Shown: piece by piece, positions 17,785 to 26,956 of the stretch | Layout: every line of letters begins with the position of its first letter | How positions within the stretch are numbered: the stretch's first letter is position 1 | DNA from: Magnetospirillaceae bacterium | Lineage (GTDB): Bacteria > Patescibacteriota > Saccharimonadia > Saccharimonadales > EFPC-124 | Direction of reading: 5' to 3' | NCBI GenBank assembly: GCA_035538835.1 | Contig: DATLJN010000076.1 | Coordinates: forward strand, 1-48,540 | Length of the DNA: 48,540 bases | The notes under the pieces: model-generated | Told to the model about the DNA's origin: nothing | Database searches by the model: none | Seen by the model: only the letters and a program-made list of their open reading frames with translations | Program-made: the position numbers and the translations under genes

Positions 17785-18278
17785 TTGCTCAGAACCATTG
17801 CCGCGCGTAGGTTGGTTACATCAGTAACTTGCCGAACGAGGTAGGTCGCATAATCTATATCGGGAATTGCAAAATAATTTGGTACACCTGTGGGTGCGGC
17901 TTGGCCGTGATGGATGATCGTCCAATCAATACCCGCTTTTTGCAACATATTTTTAAACTGGTGGGGTTCAGTTTTATAAAAATCTGCCGCCAGAATCAAA
18001 CGCACAATACCAAAGGCATGCATGGTATGGACGACATTTCCGAGCGTTTCAAAATCGGTAACAGCGTAAGGCAAACAGATAACGGCGTGCGCATCCTCGA
18101 ACGCCGCCTCGATAAGAGAGACATCCTGTAACGACCCCTGAACAACCGTTAGCTCTGGGTCTGATACGCTAGGATTAACCTTGGGGCCTAAAAAATGTAT
18201 AGAATAGCCCGAACCCAGCGCATGGTTTAATAAATATTGGTCGACCTGACTTGTGCCACCTAAAACCGCCAATTTCAT
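17781..18278 (-). CDS. small NAD(P)-binding (Rossmann, NmrA/SDR-like) protein
   Basis: MKLAVLGGTSQVDQYLL is a glycine-rich dinucleotide-binding N-terminus. SD GGGGA lies upstream of ATG 18278. The track ORF 17781..18506 is over-extended into rpsI. The stop codon overlaps the capA stop (TTAA). Confidence 0.6.
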   Translation of the reverse strand: MKLAVLGGTSQVDQYLLNHALGSGYSIHFLGPKVNPSVSDPELTVVQGSLQDVSLIEAAFEDAHAVICLPYAVTDFETLGNVVHTMHAFGIVRLILAADFYKTEPHQFKNMLQKAGIDWTIIHHGQAAPTGVPNYFAIPDIDYATYLVRQVTDVTNLRAAMVLSN

Positions 18279-18325
18279 AACTATCCCCTTTTGACGATAG
18301 TACAGCACATTGGCCTTTCGCGGCA

Positions 18326-18371
18326 ATGCACAAAAAACACCTGCCACTGATGACAAGTGTTTTTTGTGCAT
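18326..18371 (-). terminator. long hairpin/terminator after rpsI (15-bp perfect arms ATGCACAAAAAACAC / GTGTTTTTTGTGCAT)
   Basis: Read directly. It lies 14 nt downstream of the rpsI stop, and the A/T runs sit inside the stem arms. Confidence 0.5.
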
Positions 18372-18384
18372 AGTATAAGCCGTT

Positions 18385-18783
18385 TTAGCGCTTCGAGAAC
18401 TGTTCGCGTTTGCGTGCGCTGCGGAGACCGTATTTCTTTGGTTCCACTTCGCGTGGGTCGCGCTTAAGCAGGCCAGCTTTTTTGAGCGTACCACGGAGGT
18501 CGTCATTCATAGTGCTGAGTGCTTTGCTGATCGCTAATTTGCTTGCATCTACTTGGCCAGCCGTACCGCCGCCATCAACTTTAATAGTGATGTCATAGGC
18601 GTCTTTTTTACCAAGCAGCACAAGTGGTTTTACTAATTCGTGCATGAGTGCTTCGTTACCCGCAAGGTAATCGGCAGCTGGCTTGTCGTTAATCGTGATA
18701 TTGCCTTTACCACCAAATAGGCGCGCACGAGCAGTTGATGATTTGCGGCGGCCAAGGCCGTAAAAATATTCGTTTTTAGTCAT
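18385..18783 (-). CDS. rpsI: 30S ribosomal protein S9
   Basis: YGLGRRKSSTARARL near the N-terminus and C-terminal RKREQFSKR. Confidence 0.95.
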   Translation of the reverse strand: MTKNEYFYGLGRRKSSTARARLFGGKGNITINDKPAADYLAGNEALMHELVKPLVLLGKKDAYDITIKVDGGGTAGQVDASKLAISKALSTMNDDLRGTLKKAGLLKRDPREVEPKKYGLRSARKREQFSKR

Positions 18784-18784
18784 A

Positions 18785-19219
18785 TTACTTCTCTACCTTT
18801 ACTGCCACTGGTTGTTGTGGGGCGTGTGTGTGGTCAGCGCCGCCGTACACCTTGAGGCGTTTCAAGCGATCATCAACCAATTTGTTCTTAGGGAGCATCC
18901 CACGAACTGCGTCGATGATGACTCTGCTTGAATCGCGCTCCATCTGTTCTTTAAGACTGCGCTGCTTGATACCACCTGGGAAGCCACTGTGACGGTAGTA
19001 CTTTTTGTCTTCCATCTTGTCGCCAGTAACAACTAAGTTGTCGGCGTTGATGACTACAACAAAGTCGCCGCCGTCGATGTGGGCAGTGTAGGTCGGCTTG
19101 TATTTACCTATAAGGTATTTAGCAATAGTAGTTGCCACGCGGCCAAGCGTAGCTTCACTGGCGTCAACAACAACCCATTTGCGAGTGACCTCGGATGGCT
19201 TTTGGCTATATGTTTTCAT
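18785..19219 (-). CDS. rplM: 50S ribosomal protein L13
   Basis: RKWVVVDASEATLGRVAT and YYRHSGFPGG. Confidence 0.95.
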   Translation of the reverse strand: MKTYSQKPSEVTRKWVVVDASEATLGRVATTIAKYLIGKYKPTYTAHIDGGDFVVVINADNLVVTGDKMEDKKYYRHSGFPGGIKQRSLKEQMERDSSRVIIDAVRGMLPKNKLVDDRLKRLKVYGGADHTHAPQQPVAVKVEK

Positions 19220-19220
19220 A

Positions 19221-19652
19221 TTACTTCTCCGCCTTTACGGTCGCTTTAGGGGCGACTTTTTTTGGCTTTTCTGCTGGCGCAGGAGCGGCGGCAATATCAT
19301 CCACAAAGCTCACTTCGGCCATCTGTGTGTTGTCGCCCACGCGCAAGCGGGTTTGCTTAATGCGTAGATGACCAGAAGTGCGGGCAGTAAGCTTTGGAGC
19401 GATTTCGTCAACCAATTTGTGCGACGCTGCAACCGTACTGAGACCGCCTAGAACCTGGCGACGGCCGTGAAGGTCGCCCTTTTTGGCCTTGGTAATGAGG
19501 TCTTCTACGTATGGCGCGATTTCTTTCGCCTTTGGTAGCGTGGTCTCGATACGACCATATATAACGAGCGAGGTTGCAAGCCCTTTTATGAGAGCTTTGC
19601 GCTGGTCGCGCTCGCGGCCGAACTTGCGGCCCTGGTTTCCGTGACTATGCAT
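19221..19652 (-). CDS. rplQ: 50S ribosomal protein L17 (with Ala/Pro/Lys-rich C-terminal tail)
   Basis: RKFGRERDQRKAL and IETTLPKAKE. Confidence 0.9.
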   Translation of the reverse strand: MHSHGNQGRKFGRERDQRKALIKGLATSLVIYGRIETTLPKAKEIAPYVEDLITKAKKGDLHGRRQVLGGLSTVAASHKLVDEIAPKLTARTSGHLRIKQTRLRVGDNTQMAEVSFVDDIAAAPAPAEKPKKVAPKATVKAEK

Positions 19653-19655
19653 GAC

Positions 19656-20579
19656 TTACAGCTCCAACTCCGTCAGCTTCTCTTTTACTTCGTCGAGTGC
19701 TTTGCTGCCAAAGCCCTTGAGCTCGCGGAGTTCCGTGTCGCTCAGGGTTACGAGGTCGTTGATGGTGCGGATATCATTGTTAATCAGCGCGTTTGTGGTG
19801 CGAGCGGTCAGGTTAAGATCTTCGATTGGCGTCATCAGTTCTGCGGCGTCGCCGTCAGCACCTTTGCTACCAACTGCGGGACCGGCTTCGACGCGGGTGC
19901 TCCCGGCAAGTGCGGTGTATTGGTTAATAAGAATTGCAGCAGCTTCTTCGAATGCTTCTTTAGGACTTACTGCGCCATTGGTGTCAACAGTGAGGCTTAG
20001 TTTGTCGAGGTCAGTTGCTTGGCCAACGCGGGTGTTTTCGACTTTATAGCGAACGCGCAGCACAGGGCTAAACAAAGCATCGAGCGCAATGTAGTCGCTG
20101 TTTTGGCGGCGGGCGGTAGATTCTTCGATGGTGCGGTAGCCGCGGCCACTGTCGATAACCATATCCATAACAAAGCTAGCTTTAGGGTCATCAATAGTCG
20201 CAATCACCATATCTTTGTTGATGATGTCGATGTCGGCAGTCGCTTTAATGTCGCCAGCTGTGACAACGCCAGCACCCTTTTTCTCGAGACGAACCGTGAC
20301 CGGCTCGTCGCTATGGTTCACCATGCGAATATTTTTAAGGTTCAGCATGATATCTACCACATCTTCTTTAACACCGGGGACGGTGGTAAATTCGTGGGTC
20401 ACGCCTTCGATGCGGAACGATGTGATTGCAGCACCACTGATACTGCTAAGCAGCACGCGGCGCATACTGTTACCAAGCGTCATGCCGTAGCCCTTGTGTA
20501 AGGGTTCGACGACAAATGTCGCGCTTGTTGATGTGTGCTCGTCGATGTTGGCGAGCGTTGGGTTGTGAATGACTTTCAT
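19656..20579 (-). CDS. rpoA: DNA-directed RNA polymerase alpha subunit
   Basis: EPLHKGYGMTLGNSMRRVLLSS in the N-terminal domain. The C-terminal domain has LNLTARTTNALINNDIRTINDL. Confidence 0.95.
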   Translation of the reverse strand: MKVIHNPTLANIDEHTSTSATFVVEPLHKGYGMTLGNSMRRVLLSSISGAAITSFRIEGVTHEFTTVPGVKEDVVDIMLNLKNIRMVNHSDEPVTVRLEKKGAGVVTAGDIKATADIDIINKDMVIATIDDPKASFVMDMVIDSGRGYRTIEESTARRQNSDYIALDALFSPVLRVRYKVENTRVGQATDLDKLSLTVDTNGAVSPKEAFEEAAAILINQYTALAGSTRVEAGPAVGSKGADGDAAELMTPIEDLNLTARTTNALINNDIRTINDLVTLSDTELRELKGFGSKALDEVKEKLTELEL

Positions 20580-20617
20580 TCGCGGTGATCTCCTTCAACC
20601 TTCTTTAAAAGTCTTTA

Positions 20618-21235
20618 TTACCGTGAGTAATACTCAACAATAAGCTGTTCGTTAATATCGGCCTCGGCTTCTTCGCGTTTTGGCAGGCCAGTAATGGTGA
20701 TAATCATCTTTTTAGGGTCGCTCTTCATCCAGCTAAAGGTTGGCTGATTCGTGTCCTTCATGATGTCATCAAGGTGGGTAAAGTATTGCGTTTTAACACT
20801 TGCAGGGCGAACAGTGATAATGTCGCCTGGTTTGACACGCAAGCTTGGAATATCGACGCGAGTGCCGTTAACCATGAGGTGGCCGTGACTAACCAGCTGG
20901 CGTGAACCACGACGGCTCACAGACCAACCAGCGCGGTATACCACGTTGTCGAGGCGGCGTTCAAGAAGTTGCAATAGCACGCGGCCAGATTGACCAGATG
21001 TGCGGCTTGCTTCCTTCATGAGTTTTGCAAACTGTTTTTCGAGCATACCGTACAGGCGGCGAACTTTTTGCTTTTCGCGCAACTGCTGGGCATACATGCT
21101 CTGTTTACCCTGGCGACCGTGGGCGTGCATGCCTGGAATGCCAGATTTTTTAGCCATGATTTTGTGCGCTTTAGGGTGCAAAGCGTACCCTTCGCGGCGT
21201 GACTGTTTAACAATAGGGCTACGATCTCGTGCCAT
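20618..21235 (-). CDS. rpsD: 30S ribosomal protein S4
   Basis: The QLREKQKVRRLYG and LERRLDNVVYR S4 domains. Confidence 0.95.
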   Translation of the reverse strand: MARDRSPIVKQSRREGYALHPKAHKIMAKKSGIPGMHAHGRQGKQSMYAQQLREKQKVRRLYGMLEKQFAKLMKEASRTSGQSGRVLLQLLERRLDNVVYRAGWSVSRRGSRQLVSHGHLMVNGTRVDIPSLRVKPGDIITVRPASVKTQYFTHLDDIMKDTNQPTFSWMKSDPKKMIITITGLPKREEAEADINEQLIVEYYSR

Positions 21236-21237
21236 AC

Positions 21238-21639
21238 TTAAGCCCTCCGTGCCTTACGTGGGCGCACACCACCGTGTGGCTCACCTGTTTTGTCAGAAAT
21301 CTTCTCAACGCTGATACCAACATTTTGCAATGCGCGTACCGCAGCATCGCGGCCAAGGCCAACGCCTTTGACATATACTTCGACACTTGTCATGCCAAAG
21401 GTCTGTTTGGCAGCCGCTGCAGCTTTTTCGCTTGCAACCTGTGCAGCGTAGGCAGTGCCTTTTTTAGAGCCTTTAAAGCCCATAGCGCCGGCGCTTGCAG
21501 TAGTGAGTGCGTTGCCTTTTTTGTCAGTGAAAGTAATAAGCGTGTTGTTAAAGGTAGCTTTAACATGCATTGCGCCCGATGGTACGCTGCGCTTTGCTTT
21601 CTTCTTGGTAGTCGTGGGTTTTACAGTAGTTTCTGCCAT
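21238..21639 (-). CDS. rpsK: 30S ribosomal protein S11
   Basis: HVKATFNNTLITFTD and GFKGSKKGT. Confidence 0.95.
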   Translation of the reverse strand: MAETTVKPTTTKKKAKRSVPSGAMHVKATFNNTLITFTDKKGNALTTASAGAMGFKGSKKGTAYAAQVASEKAAAAAKQTFGMTSVEVYVKGVGLGRDAAVRALQNVGISVEKISDKTGEPHGGVRPRKARRA

Positions 21640-21646
21640 ATTAATC

Positions 21647-22033
21647 CTAGGTCTTAGACGCTACTTTCTTCTTGGTTCCACCCACAGTTACCTTTTTGCC
21701 ACGGCGAGTACGCGCGTTGGTGCGTGTACGCTGACCACGGCCAGGAAGGTTTGCTGCGTGGCGCAGGCCACGGTAAGATTTGATCTCTTTAAGACGCTTA
21801 ATATTAGTCGTTACCACACGTTGAAGCTCGCCTTCTACAGTGTATGTGGCAGAAATCTCATCGCGGATGCGCTGCAGCTCGCCTTCGCTCAGATCTTTAA
21901 CTCGCGTCGTCGGCTCAATTTTAGTTGCTTCGAGAATTTTAGCAGCATGAAACGGTCCAATACCATAAATATAGGTAAGGGCAATCTGTACTTGCTTTTC
22001 GGTTGGGACAGTAACTCCGGCAATACGAGCCAT
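21647..22033 (-). CDS. rpsM: 30S ribosomal protein S13
   Basis: MARIAGVTVP and LTYIYGIG. Confidence 0.95.
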   Translation of the reverse strand: MARIAGVTVPTEKQVQIALTYIYGIGPFHAAKILEATKIEPTTRVKDLSEGELQRIRDEISATYTVEGELQRVVTTNIKRLKEIKSYRGLRHAANLPGRGQRTRTNARTRRGKKVTVGGTKKKVASKT

Positions 22034-22035
22034 AT

Positions 22036-22149
22036 TTAACCCTGCCTCTGCTTATGACGAGGCTTTGTTTTGTCTTTGTAGACAAGTTTGCCTTTGCGAC
22101 GAGTAAAATACCCGTTGCCTAGTCGTTTAATACTTGGTCGAACCTTCAC
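22036..22149 (-). CDS. rpmJ: 50S ribosomal protein L36 (37 aa, non-Cys type)
   Basis: Below the ORF-track size cutoff. Manual translation gives VKVRPSIKRLGNGYFTRRKGKLVYKDKTKPRHKQRQG, with SD AAGGAGA upstream of the GTG, in the canonical slot between infA and rpsM. Confidence 0.8.
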   Translation of the reverse strand: MKVRPSIKRLGNGYFTRRKGKLVYKDKTKPRHKQRQG

Positions 22150-22182
22150 GCGATGTGTCTCCTTGGCGCTTGATCCTTACGG

Positions 22183-22473
22183 TTAATCTCGTAAGCGGAA
22201 AGTGATTCTACCCTTTGTAAGATCGTAAGGGGTTAACTCAACTTCCACCTTATCCCCTGGTACGAGACGGATGTAATGCTTGCGCATTTTACCGGCAACG
22301 TGGCCGAGGATGACATGGCCGTTTTCAAGTTCCACATTAAACTTTGCTCCGGGGAGCGCCAGAACGACGACACCGGTTAGTTTAATTACCTCTTTGCTCT
22401 CCGGTGTATTGCGTTGCCTGGGGGGGCGCGCAGTTGCCGAGGCCGATGGTTTGAATCTTTTAGGACGGGCCAT
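22183..22473 (-). CDS. infA: translation initiation factor IF-1 with a ~25-aa basic N-terminal extension
   Basis: The S1-like core is [65 protein letters not shown]. Confidence 0.9.
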   Translation of the reverse strand: MARPKRFKPSASATARPPRQRNTPESKEVIKLTGVVVLALPGAKFNVELENGHVILGHVAGKMRKHYIRLVPGDKVEVELTPYDLTKGRITFRLRD

Positions 22474-22725
22474 AAATTACAATTATTGATTATACAGAGG
22501 TTTATCTCTGTTGTAAAGCGCTACTTTAAAGATTATCGCACGACGTTGTGCGTTGATAATAATATAGTAGCTTATTTGGACCGAAATACAAAGGTTCGTC
22601 ACAAAACCTGCACTCTAAATGACTCGTGAATAATGTCTATACCATCCTGATATTATTTAGCTAAGATTTAACCCCGTCATCCCAGCCATTAGATTGTGCA
22701 AACATTATTTTCTAGCAATGTAGGT

Positions 22726-22748
22726 AAAACGGGCCTAGTCCCGTTTTT
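22726..22748. terminator. bidirectional terminator after secY (AAAACGGG-CCTAGT-CCCGTTTTT)
   Basis: The stem is flanked by A- and T-tracts and abuts the secY stop at 22750. Confidence 0.55.
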
Positions 22749-22749
22749 A

Positions 22750-24171
22750 TTAATCTTCGTCGTATGTCACCATTAACGCGCGCGAGTTAATCTGCCGCAA
22801 CGTCTCGAGCGTTACCGAAACAACAATCAACAGCCCAGTACCACCGATGGCGAGATTGGTGGTACCCGTAAAGCCCAATTTTGCAAACGTAAATTCAAAT
22901 ACAAACGGCAGCACGGCAATAAGGCCTAGCGCGATCGAGCCAAACAACGTTAGGCGTGTCACTGTCCTTTTAAGATACTTCTCAGTTTGAATGCCAGGGC
23001 GAATGTTAGAGATAAAGCCGCCTTGTTTTTGTAAGTTTTCGGCGATTTCGGTGGTGTTAAATACAATACCTGTATAGAAATACGTGAACAACACAACGAG
23101 TATAAAATATGCTGCCGGATAAATCATGGCCGTTATATCACCGGCCGCAAACGTCGTAGCGCTCGGAGTCTGAAACCACACCGCGAGGTTGGCACCAATG
23201 ACTTGCCAATCGGTATTCGCGCTCGCCTTCATCAGCTGGCCTAGGAAGGCTGGCAAAGCTAAAAACGCCACAGCAAAAATAACGGGGATAACTCCAGCGG
23301 TAATCAGCTTGATCGGCAAAATACTAGTGACGCCGCCGTACTCACGGTTGCCCTGTACTCGCTTGGCATAGTTGATGGTAACGACGCGCTGCGCCTCATT
23401 AATCTTAACGATAATATATAGCACCGCAAGCCCAAGCACAGCCAATATCACCGTCACCAGCGTCGCCGGCCCATTTATTGGAAGCGTAAACCAGTTGAAT
23501 ACTTGCAAAGCATCAGCCGGGGTCGGCACGCTGCCAATAGAAGTAATCAGCGTGCCCAGTGTCTGTGGTAACTGGCTAATGATGCCAGCAAAGATGAGCA
23601 GCGACATACCGTTCCCCACCCCTTGCTCGGTCATGAGCTCACCAAGCCACATAAGGAGCATCGCACCAGCAGTCATTGCGCCCACCATCACTACCCACTG
23701 GAAGGGCGACGTGTTAGCCGTTATATCAACACCCGATGCCCCGGCGAGCACTGTTTGGCGCAGAATAAATATAAATGCAATGGATTGTAAAATTGCCAGT
23801 GGCAGCGTAATAAGTCGTGTCCACTGTTGGATCTTGCGCCGGCCCACCTCGCCGTCTTTATGAAGTTCCTCGAGTCGCGGTATAGCCTTAGTGAGCAGCT
23901 GTGTAATTACAGAGGCGGTAATATACGGCGACAAGCCTACAAGCACGATTGATAAATTAGCCAGCGCACCCCCAGAGAGGATGTTCATAAAACCGCCCAA
24001 GTCGCTTTGGCTAATAACGTTGCTCAGTACCTGTTGTAACTGTGTTGGTTCGGCAAGAGGTACGGGTACATGCGACAAAAGACGATAAACAATAATAATA
24101 CCTAGCACAATAAGTAGGCGTTTTTGCATGTCGCGGCTTTTCAGCGATTTGAAGATAGTTTTCCAGCTCAT
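22750..24171 (-). CDS. secY: preprotein translocase subunit SecY
   Basis: Ten-TM profile with typical SecY segments (GGALANLSIVLVGLSPYITASVI, TEQGVGNGMSLLIFAGI). Confidence 0.95.
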   Translation of the reverse strand: MSWKTIFKSLKSRDMQKRLLIVLGIIIVYRLLSHVPVPLAEPTQLQQVLSNVISQSDLGGFMNILSGGALANLSIVLVGLSPYITASVITQLLTKAIPRLEELHKDGEVGRRKIQQWTRLITLPLAILQSIAFIFILRQTVLAGASGVDITANTSPFQWVVMVGAMTAGAMLLMWLGELMTEQGVGNGMSLLIFAGIISQLPQTLGTLITSIGSVPTPADALQVFNWFTLPINGPATLVTVILAVLGLAVLYIIVKINEAQRVVTINYAKRVQGNREYGGVTSILPIKLITAGVIPVIFAVAFLALPAFLGQLMKASANTDWQVIGANLAVWFQTPSATTFAAGDITAMIYPAAYFILVVLFTYFYTGIVFNTTEIAENLQKQGGFISNIRPGIQTEKYLKRTVTRLTLFGSIALGLIAVLPFVFEFTFAKLGFTGTTNLAIGGTGLLIVVSVTLETLRQINSRALMVTYDED

Positions 24172-24239
24172 CAGGTCACCTGTTTGTTACTCATACACGA
24201 TATCATAGTGTCGCTAAAGCTGCCAAGCAAGATGTGCTC

Positions 24240-24261
24240 GGGGCGGGCGCTAACCCGCCCC
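24240..24261 (-). terminator. G+C-rich perfect hairpin GGGGCGGG-CGCTAA-CCCGCCCC after the hydrolase ORF (no T-tract)
   Basis: Read directly. It begins 7 nt downstream of the stop at 24268. Confidence 0.4.
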
Positions 24262-24267
24262 CAAGCG

Positions 24268-24816
24268 TTACCGGCTGAGATATGACGACAAGCGGCGGCT
24301 ATACCACGTAAGTGCCATTGCGATCGTCCAAACATGGCCGCGTGTCGGTAACTGGTGGTTAAACGCCCCAGGCACCACACTGAAGGTCGGCCGCACAATA
24401 TCGTCGAGCCTACCGCGGAACGACCCAATCCGCGCTCGCAGCAGAGGGTCGGCTTGCGAGAACCGCTTATCGAATTCGGCCAACGCAGTATTGAGCAGCT
24501 TGTTCTTACTGTGTTTGAACCGATTGAGCGGCGAACTTATTGCAACGACTCGTCGGATACGATTAGGCCGCAGCAAAAGCAGCAACGCGGCGATGACCCC
24601 ACCCGCGCTGGAGCCGACGATAACGATCTGCTCGCCTCTTGGCAGCGCGTCGATCCAAGCGAGGATCGGATCGAGTCGCGCCTGCAAGTCATCATCGCCG
24701 AGCTGCCAAAAGAACGGCTCGTACCGTGGCTCAAAACCATACAGTCGCCAGACTGGTAGTACCAAGCGTATTCGGAAATCGTGATCCCCCAGACCGCCTA
24801 TCTCGAGTAAACGCAT
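24268..24816 (-). CDS. small alpha/beta-hydrolase-like protein, inserted between rplO and secY
   Basis: Nucleophile-elbow GxSxG in VIVGSSAGGVIAALLL. Visibly more G+C-rich than its flanks. No clear SD. Confidence 0.5.
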   Translation of the reverse strand: MRLLEIGGLGDHDFRIRLVLPVWRLYGFEPRYEPFFWQLGDDDLQARLDPILAWIDALPRGEQIVIVGSSAGGVIAALLLLLRPNRIRRVVAISSPLNRFKHSKNKLLNTALAEFDKRFSQADPLLRARIGSFRGRLDDIVRPTFSVVPGAFNHQLPTRGHVWTIAMALTWYSRRLSSYLSR

Positions 24817-24833
24817 ATCACAACTATACCAAA

Positions 24834-24855
24834 ACGCACCCGTTCCCGGGTGCGT
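24834..24855 (-). terminator. intrinsic terminator after rplO
   Basis: Minus strand reads ACGCACCCG-GGAA-CGGGTGCGT followed by TTTTGG. It lies between the rplO stop (24877) and the hydrolase start (24816). Confidence 0.55.
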
Positions 24856-24876
24856 TACTTGGTTCCATAAAATGCT

Positions 24877-25389
24877 CTAGGCCTTTTTTGGAGTTTTTTC
24901 TGCCTTGTTTTCGGCACGCATTTCAGCTTTGAGCTTGTTTTCTGGCAAGTGCGGTGTTGGCAGTTTCTCGAAGCTACCACCAGCCTTAGCGATGGCCTCT
25001 TGAGCGCCTTTACTTGCACCCTGTACTTTAAGAGTTATTTTACCTTTCACTTCACCGCGCAAAATAACTTTAACGGCATGGAATGGGCTGATGATCAACC
25101 CAGCTTCGGCAAGCGACATGTTATCGGCAGTTTTGCCAGCCATAACGCTGAGCTGGTCGGTGTAAACAACCTGCGCAGGAACGCGAAGACTTTTAAAACC
25201 GGGGAGCTTTGGTACACGCTGCATCAAAGGTCCCTGCCCACCAACAAAGGCTGGTGAGTGCTTTTTACCGGTACGAGCATTCTGACCCTTGGTACCGCGG
25301 CCAGCAGTTTTACCCTGGCCAGCACTAATACCACGGCCAACGCGTTTGCGGTTTTTGTGGGCTTCTACCTGTAAATCGTTCACTTTCAT
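24877..25389 (-). CDS. rplO: 50S ribosomal protein L15
   Basis: KRVGRGISAGQGKTAGRGTKGQ. The start overlaps the rpsE stop (TAATG). Confidence 0.95.
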   Translation of the reverse strand: MKVNDLQVEAHKNRKRVGRGISAGQGKTAGRGTKGQNARTGKKHSPAFVGGQGPLMQRVPKLPGFKSLRVPAQVVYTDQLSVMAGKTADNMSLAEAGLIISPFHAVKVILRGEVKGKITLKVQGASKGAQEAIAKAGGSFEKLPTPHLPENKLKAEMRAENKAEKTPKKA

Positions 25390-26045
25390 TACTTAGTCTC
25401 CTTTTTTGGAGCCTTTTTAGCTGGAGCTTTGGGTGCCACAACTGCTTCCACAGGCGCTTCAGTCTTTTTAGCTGGAGCTTTTTTAACAGGTGGATTCAGC
25501 CAGTTTTCTTCGGCAACGAGGGTACGTAGCGCTTCGATAGTTGCATAGGCGTTGTTTACTTTGTTGTTCGAGCCAAGAGCTTTGCCAAGAAGGTTAGTCA
25601 CGCCGGTGAGCTGCATAATAGAGCGCATCACACCGCCGGCAATAATACCGGTACCGGGCGCAGCGGGCATCAGGAGTACTTTAGCGCCACCAACTTTGGC
25701 ATTAATGTCATGTGGAATAGTCGCTTTTGTGGTAACTGGGAAGGTAATGAGCTGTTTTTTAGCTTTGTCGGTTGCTTTTGCCACAGCCGCTTGCACGTCC
25801 TGGCCTTTTGCAACGCCAACGCCAACGCGCTGCTTGCCATCACCAACGGCCACAAGTGCCTTAAAGCGGAACCGGCGGCCACCTTTTACTACGCGGGCAA
25901 CGCGGTCGATACTCACCACATATTCTTGGAAGATTTTTTCTTCGCGCGGTTCGTTTGAACGGTCGTTCGAGCGACGGCCACGATTTGGTCCACCTTGGCG
26001 GCGATTATCGCGGGGATCAATACTTACTGCTTGTTGTACTGCCAT
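25389..26045 (-). CDS. rpsE: 30S ribosomal protein S5 with Lys/Ala/Pro-rich C-terminal tail
   Basis: VVSIDRVARVVKGGRRFRFKALVAVGDG. Start trimmed to ATG 26045, just after the rplR stop. Confidence 0.9.
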   Translation of the reverse strand: MAVQQAVSIDPRDNRRQGGPNRGRRSNDRSNEPREEKIFQEYVVSIDRVARVVKGGRRFRFKALVAVGDGKQRVGVGVAKGQDVQAAVAKATDKAKKQLITFPVTTKATIPHDINAKVGGAKVLLMPAAPGTGIIAGGVMRSIMQLTGVTNLLGKALGSNNKVNNAYATIEALRTLVAEENWLNPPVKKAPAKKTEAPVEAVVAPKAPAKKAPKKETK

Positions 26046-26046
26046 A

Positions 26047-26403
26047 TTAGAACTCCAATCCTGCCGCACGTGCAGCATCTGCAAGCGCTTTTAGGCGACC
26101 ATGATATTTACGGCCATTGCGGTCAAACACTACTTTGGTTACCTTAGCCTTTTTAGCTTTAGTGGCGATATCTTTACCGACCCATTCGGCTTTAACGCTC
26201 AAAGCGCCCGTTGCTTCTTTAGCACCAACAGAGGTGCTTGCTGCCAAAGTTTTACCAGTTGTGTCGTCGATAACCTGCGCGTGAACGTGCATGTTGCTGA
26301 CAAACACATTCAGGCGTGGGCGCTCAGCCGTACCAATCACCGTCGATCGAACACGGTTTTTGCGCAAAATGCGCGAGGCAACTTTGTGTGTAATTTTACC
26401 CAT
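26047..26403 (-). CDS. rplR: 50S ribosomal protein L18
   Basis: RPRLNVFVSNMHVHAQVIDD and YHGRLKALADAARAAGLEF. Confidence 0.95.
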   Translation of the reverse strand: MGKITHKVASRILRKNRVRSTVIGTAERPRLNVFVSNMHVHAQVIDDTTGKTLAASTSVGAKEATGALSVKAEWVGKDIATKAKKAKVTKVVFDRNGRKYHGRLKALADAARAAGLEF

Positions 26404-26405
26404 TA

Positions 26406-26945
26406 CTATTTACCTCCCGTCTTGCCGGCTTTGCGCAAGATTGTTTCATCAACATATTTAATACCCTTACCTTTGTAAGGTTCGGGCTTCTTAAGCGAGC
26501 GGATTTCGGCAGCAACTTGGCCAACAGCCTGTTTGCTGATGCCGCTGACGGTAATAATGTTCTTTTCTACCTTCAGGTCGACGCCTTCTGGAGCTTGATA
26601 CTTAACAGGGTGCGAAAAACCAAGCGCAAAATCAAGCGCACGGCCGCCACCACTCACGCGGTAACCAACACCGTTAAGTTCTAATTTTTTCTCGAAGCCT
26701 TTACTCACCCCTGTTACCATATTGGCAACAAGCGCGCGCATAAGGCCGTGACCAGCGCGTGCGAGCTGCTCATCGTTGGCGCGAGCAACAATTGCCTGGT
26801 CGCCTTCAATGGTAACAGTCACATCTGGCTGACCAAATTGAGTGAGCGTGCCTTTTGGGCCAACGACAGTCACAAGGTGCTTGTCATCAACCGTGATTGT
26901 CACGCCACTCGGGATTTGAATTGGCAGTTTTCCGATTCGACTCAT
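26406..26945 (-). CDS. rplF: 50S ribosomal protein L6
   Basis: MSRIGKLPIQIPSGV and EPYKGKGIKY. Confidence 0.95.
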   Translation of the reverse strand: MSRIGKLPIQIPSGVTITVDDKHLVTVVGPKGTLTQFGQPDVTVTIEGDQAIVARANDEQLARAGHGLMRALVANMVTGVSKGFEKKLELNGVGYRVSGGGRALDFALGFSHPVKYQAPEGVDLKVEKNIITVSGISKQAVGQVAAEIRSLKKPEPYKGKGIKYVDETILRKAGKTGGK

Positions 26946-26956
26946 TATTTTACTCC

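Noticed and set aside
17781-18506. Over-extended N-termini in the ORF track (17781..18506, 10549..11430, 25389..26084, 26957..27376, 28919..29329, 29941..30597, 32072..32392, 32973..33665, 34643..35011, 33760..34164, 34071..34520, 1834..4140).
   Set aside because: The upstream portions overlap the preceding gene or lack homology. Internal starts with an SD, located immediately after the upstream stop, match the conserved protein N-termini.
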